Source of the DNA: Gammaproteobacteria bacterium
GTDB taxonomy: Bacteria > Pseudomonadota > Gammaproteobacteria > SZUA-229
Direction: 5' to 3'
Assembly (NCBI GenBank): GCA_029882215.1
Contig: JAOULC010000004.1
Span: 61,701-125,700 of the forward strand
DNA: 64,000 nt
Below the pieces are notes generated by a model that was given only the letters and a program-made list of their open reading frames with translations, was not told where the DNA came from and ran no database searches. Shown here piece after piece: positions 63,675 through 64,000 of the stretch (position 1 is its first letter; every line of letters begins with the position of its first letter). Position numbers and translations under genes: made by a program.

Positions 63675-64000
63675 ACATTTTGTATATCAGTAGTGAAGCA
63701 TTCCCGCTCATTAAAACCGGTGGCTTAGGTGATGTTGCCGGCAGTTTACCAAACGCATTATTAAAAAAGCTGCATGATGTACGGCTATTATTACCGGCCT
63801 ACCCCGAAGTACTTAACAAAATCACAAAAAACAAAGTGATTGCCACAACCGCCTATTATGGTCTGCCGGCGAGTATTATTGAAACCCGCTTACCCGGTAG
63901 CAAACTCATTGTCTGGCTGCTGGATTGCCCCGCTGTTTTTAATCGTCCCGGCGGCCCCTATACCGACCATCACGGTAATGCATGGGATGATAACGCGCTG
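63671..64000 (+). CDS. glgA: Glycogen synthase, N-terminal 110 aa (truncated by window end)
   Basis: ATGA overlap with glgB; [28 protein letters not shown]-terminus with KTGGL motif. Confidence 0.9.
   Translation, partial: MNILYISSEAFPLIKTGGLGDVAGSLPNALLKKLHDVRLLLPAYPEVLNKITKNKVIATTAYYGLPASIIETRLPGSKLIVWLLDCPAVFNRPGGPYTDHHGNAWDDNAL

Noticed and set aside
1-64000. CRISPR arrays, tRNA/rRNA genes
   Set aside because: No direct-repeat/spacer periodicity and no tRNA-like cloverleaf signatures (GTTCGA-type T-arms) noticed in the limited non-coding space; all large regions are protein-coding.

Overview
This 64-kb window comes from a low-GC gammaproteobacterial chromosome and is almost entirely coding. 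No rRNA, tRNA or CRISPR array was found.

Housekeeping blocks, which carry high-confidence calls:
- 1..1231: 5' end of a P-type cation ATPase running off the window (TGES and DKTGTLT motifs).
- 6361..15279: rluF, sixA, a RutE-like nitroreductase and the classic uvrY-uvrC pair.
- 21013..26763: fadE-fadI-fadJ beta-oxidation genes.
- 27424..31639: convergent thrC and hom plus an AlaC-like aminotransferase, with a shared bidirectional terminator.
- 32287..36453: surE-pcm-(yqaA-like)-nlpD-rpoS, then smrB, bcp and a GNAT gene.
- 48112..64000: a carbohydrate-storage region. It holds a separately terminated sps-spp-fructokinase-amylosucrase sucrose operon downstream of glgC-GH57-malQ-glgP, with divergent glgB-glgA (glgA truncated by the window end).

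Accessory or unusual content:
1. Four PhnD-like (phosphonate-binding-type) periplasmic proteins occur in under 50 kb.
   - Two are tandem paralogs flanking a 4-TM protein. Each is preceded by an identical 28-nt box and ATATTA/TAATAT inverted repeats.
   - Two more each sit immediately upstream of a large hybrid sensor histidine kinase. These pairs look like sensor-partner modules rather than ABC transport loci.
2. The second module (39978..47406) is a compact three-gene phosphorelay.
   - It comprises a PhnD-like lipoprotein, a 1201-aa HAMP-GAF-HisKA-HATPase-REC-REC-Hpt kinase, and a 950-aa REC-REC-PAS-PAS-HisKA-HATPase-REC hybrid.
   - Its GC is visibly higher than its neighbours.
   - It is bracketed by a frameshifted secreted caspase-like pseudogene on one side.
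   - The other side is an AT-rich stretch with a C8 homopolymer and transposase-like ORF fragments.
   - This is my best candidate for a horizontally acquired, undescribed sensing system.
3. A 944-aa outer-membrane protein combines a signal peptide, an HExxH peptidase-like domain, a TolB-like propeller and an Omp85-type C-terminal barrel. This architecture is unusual.
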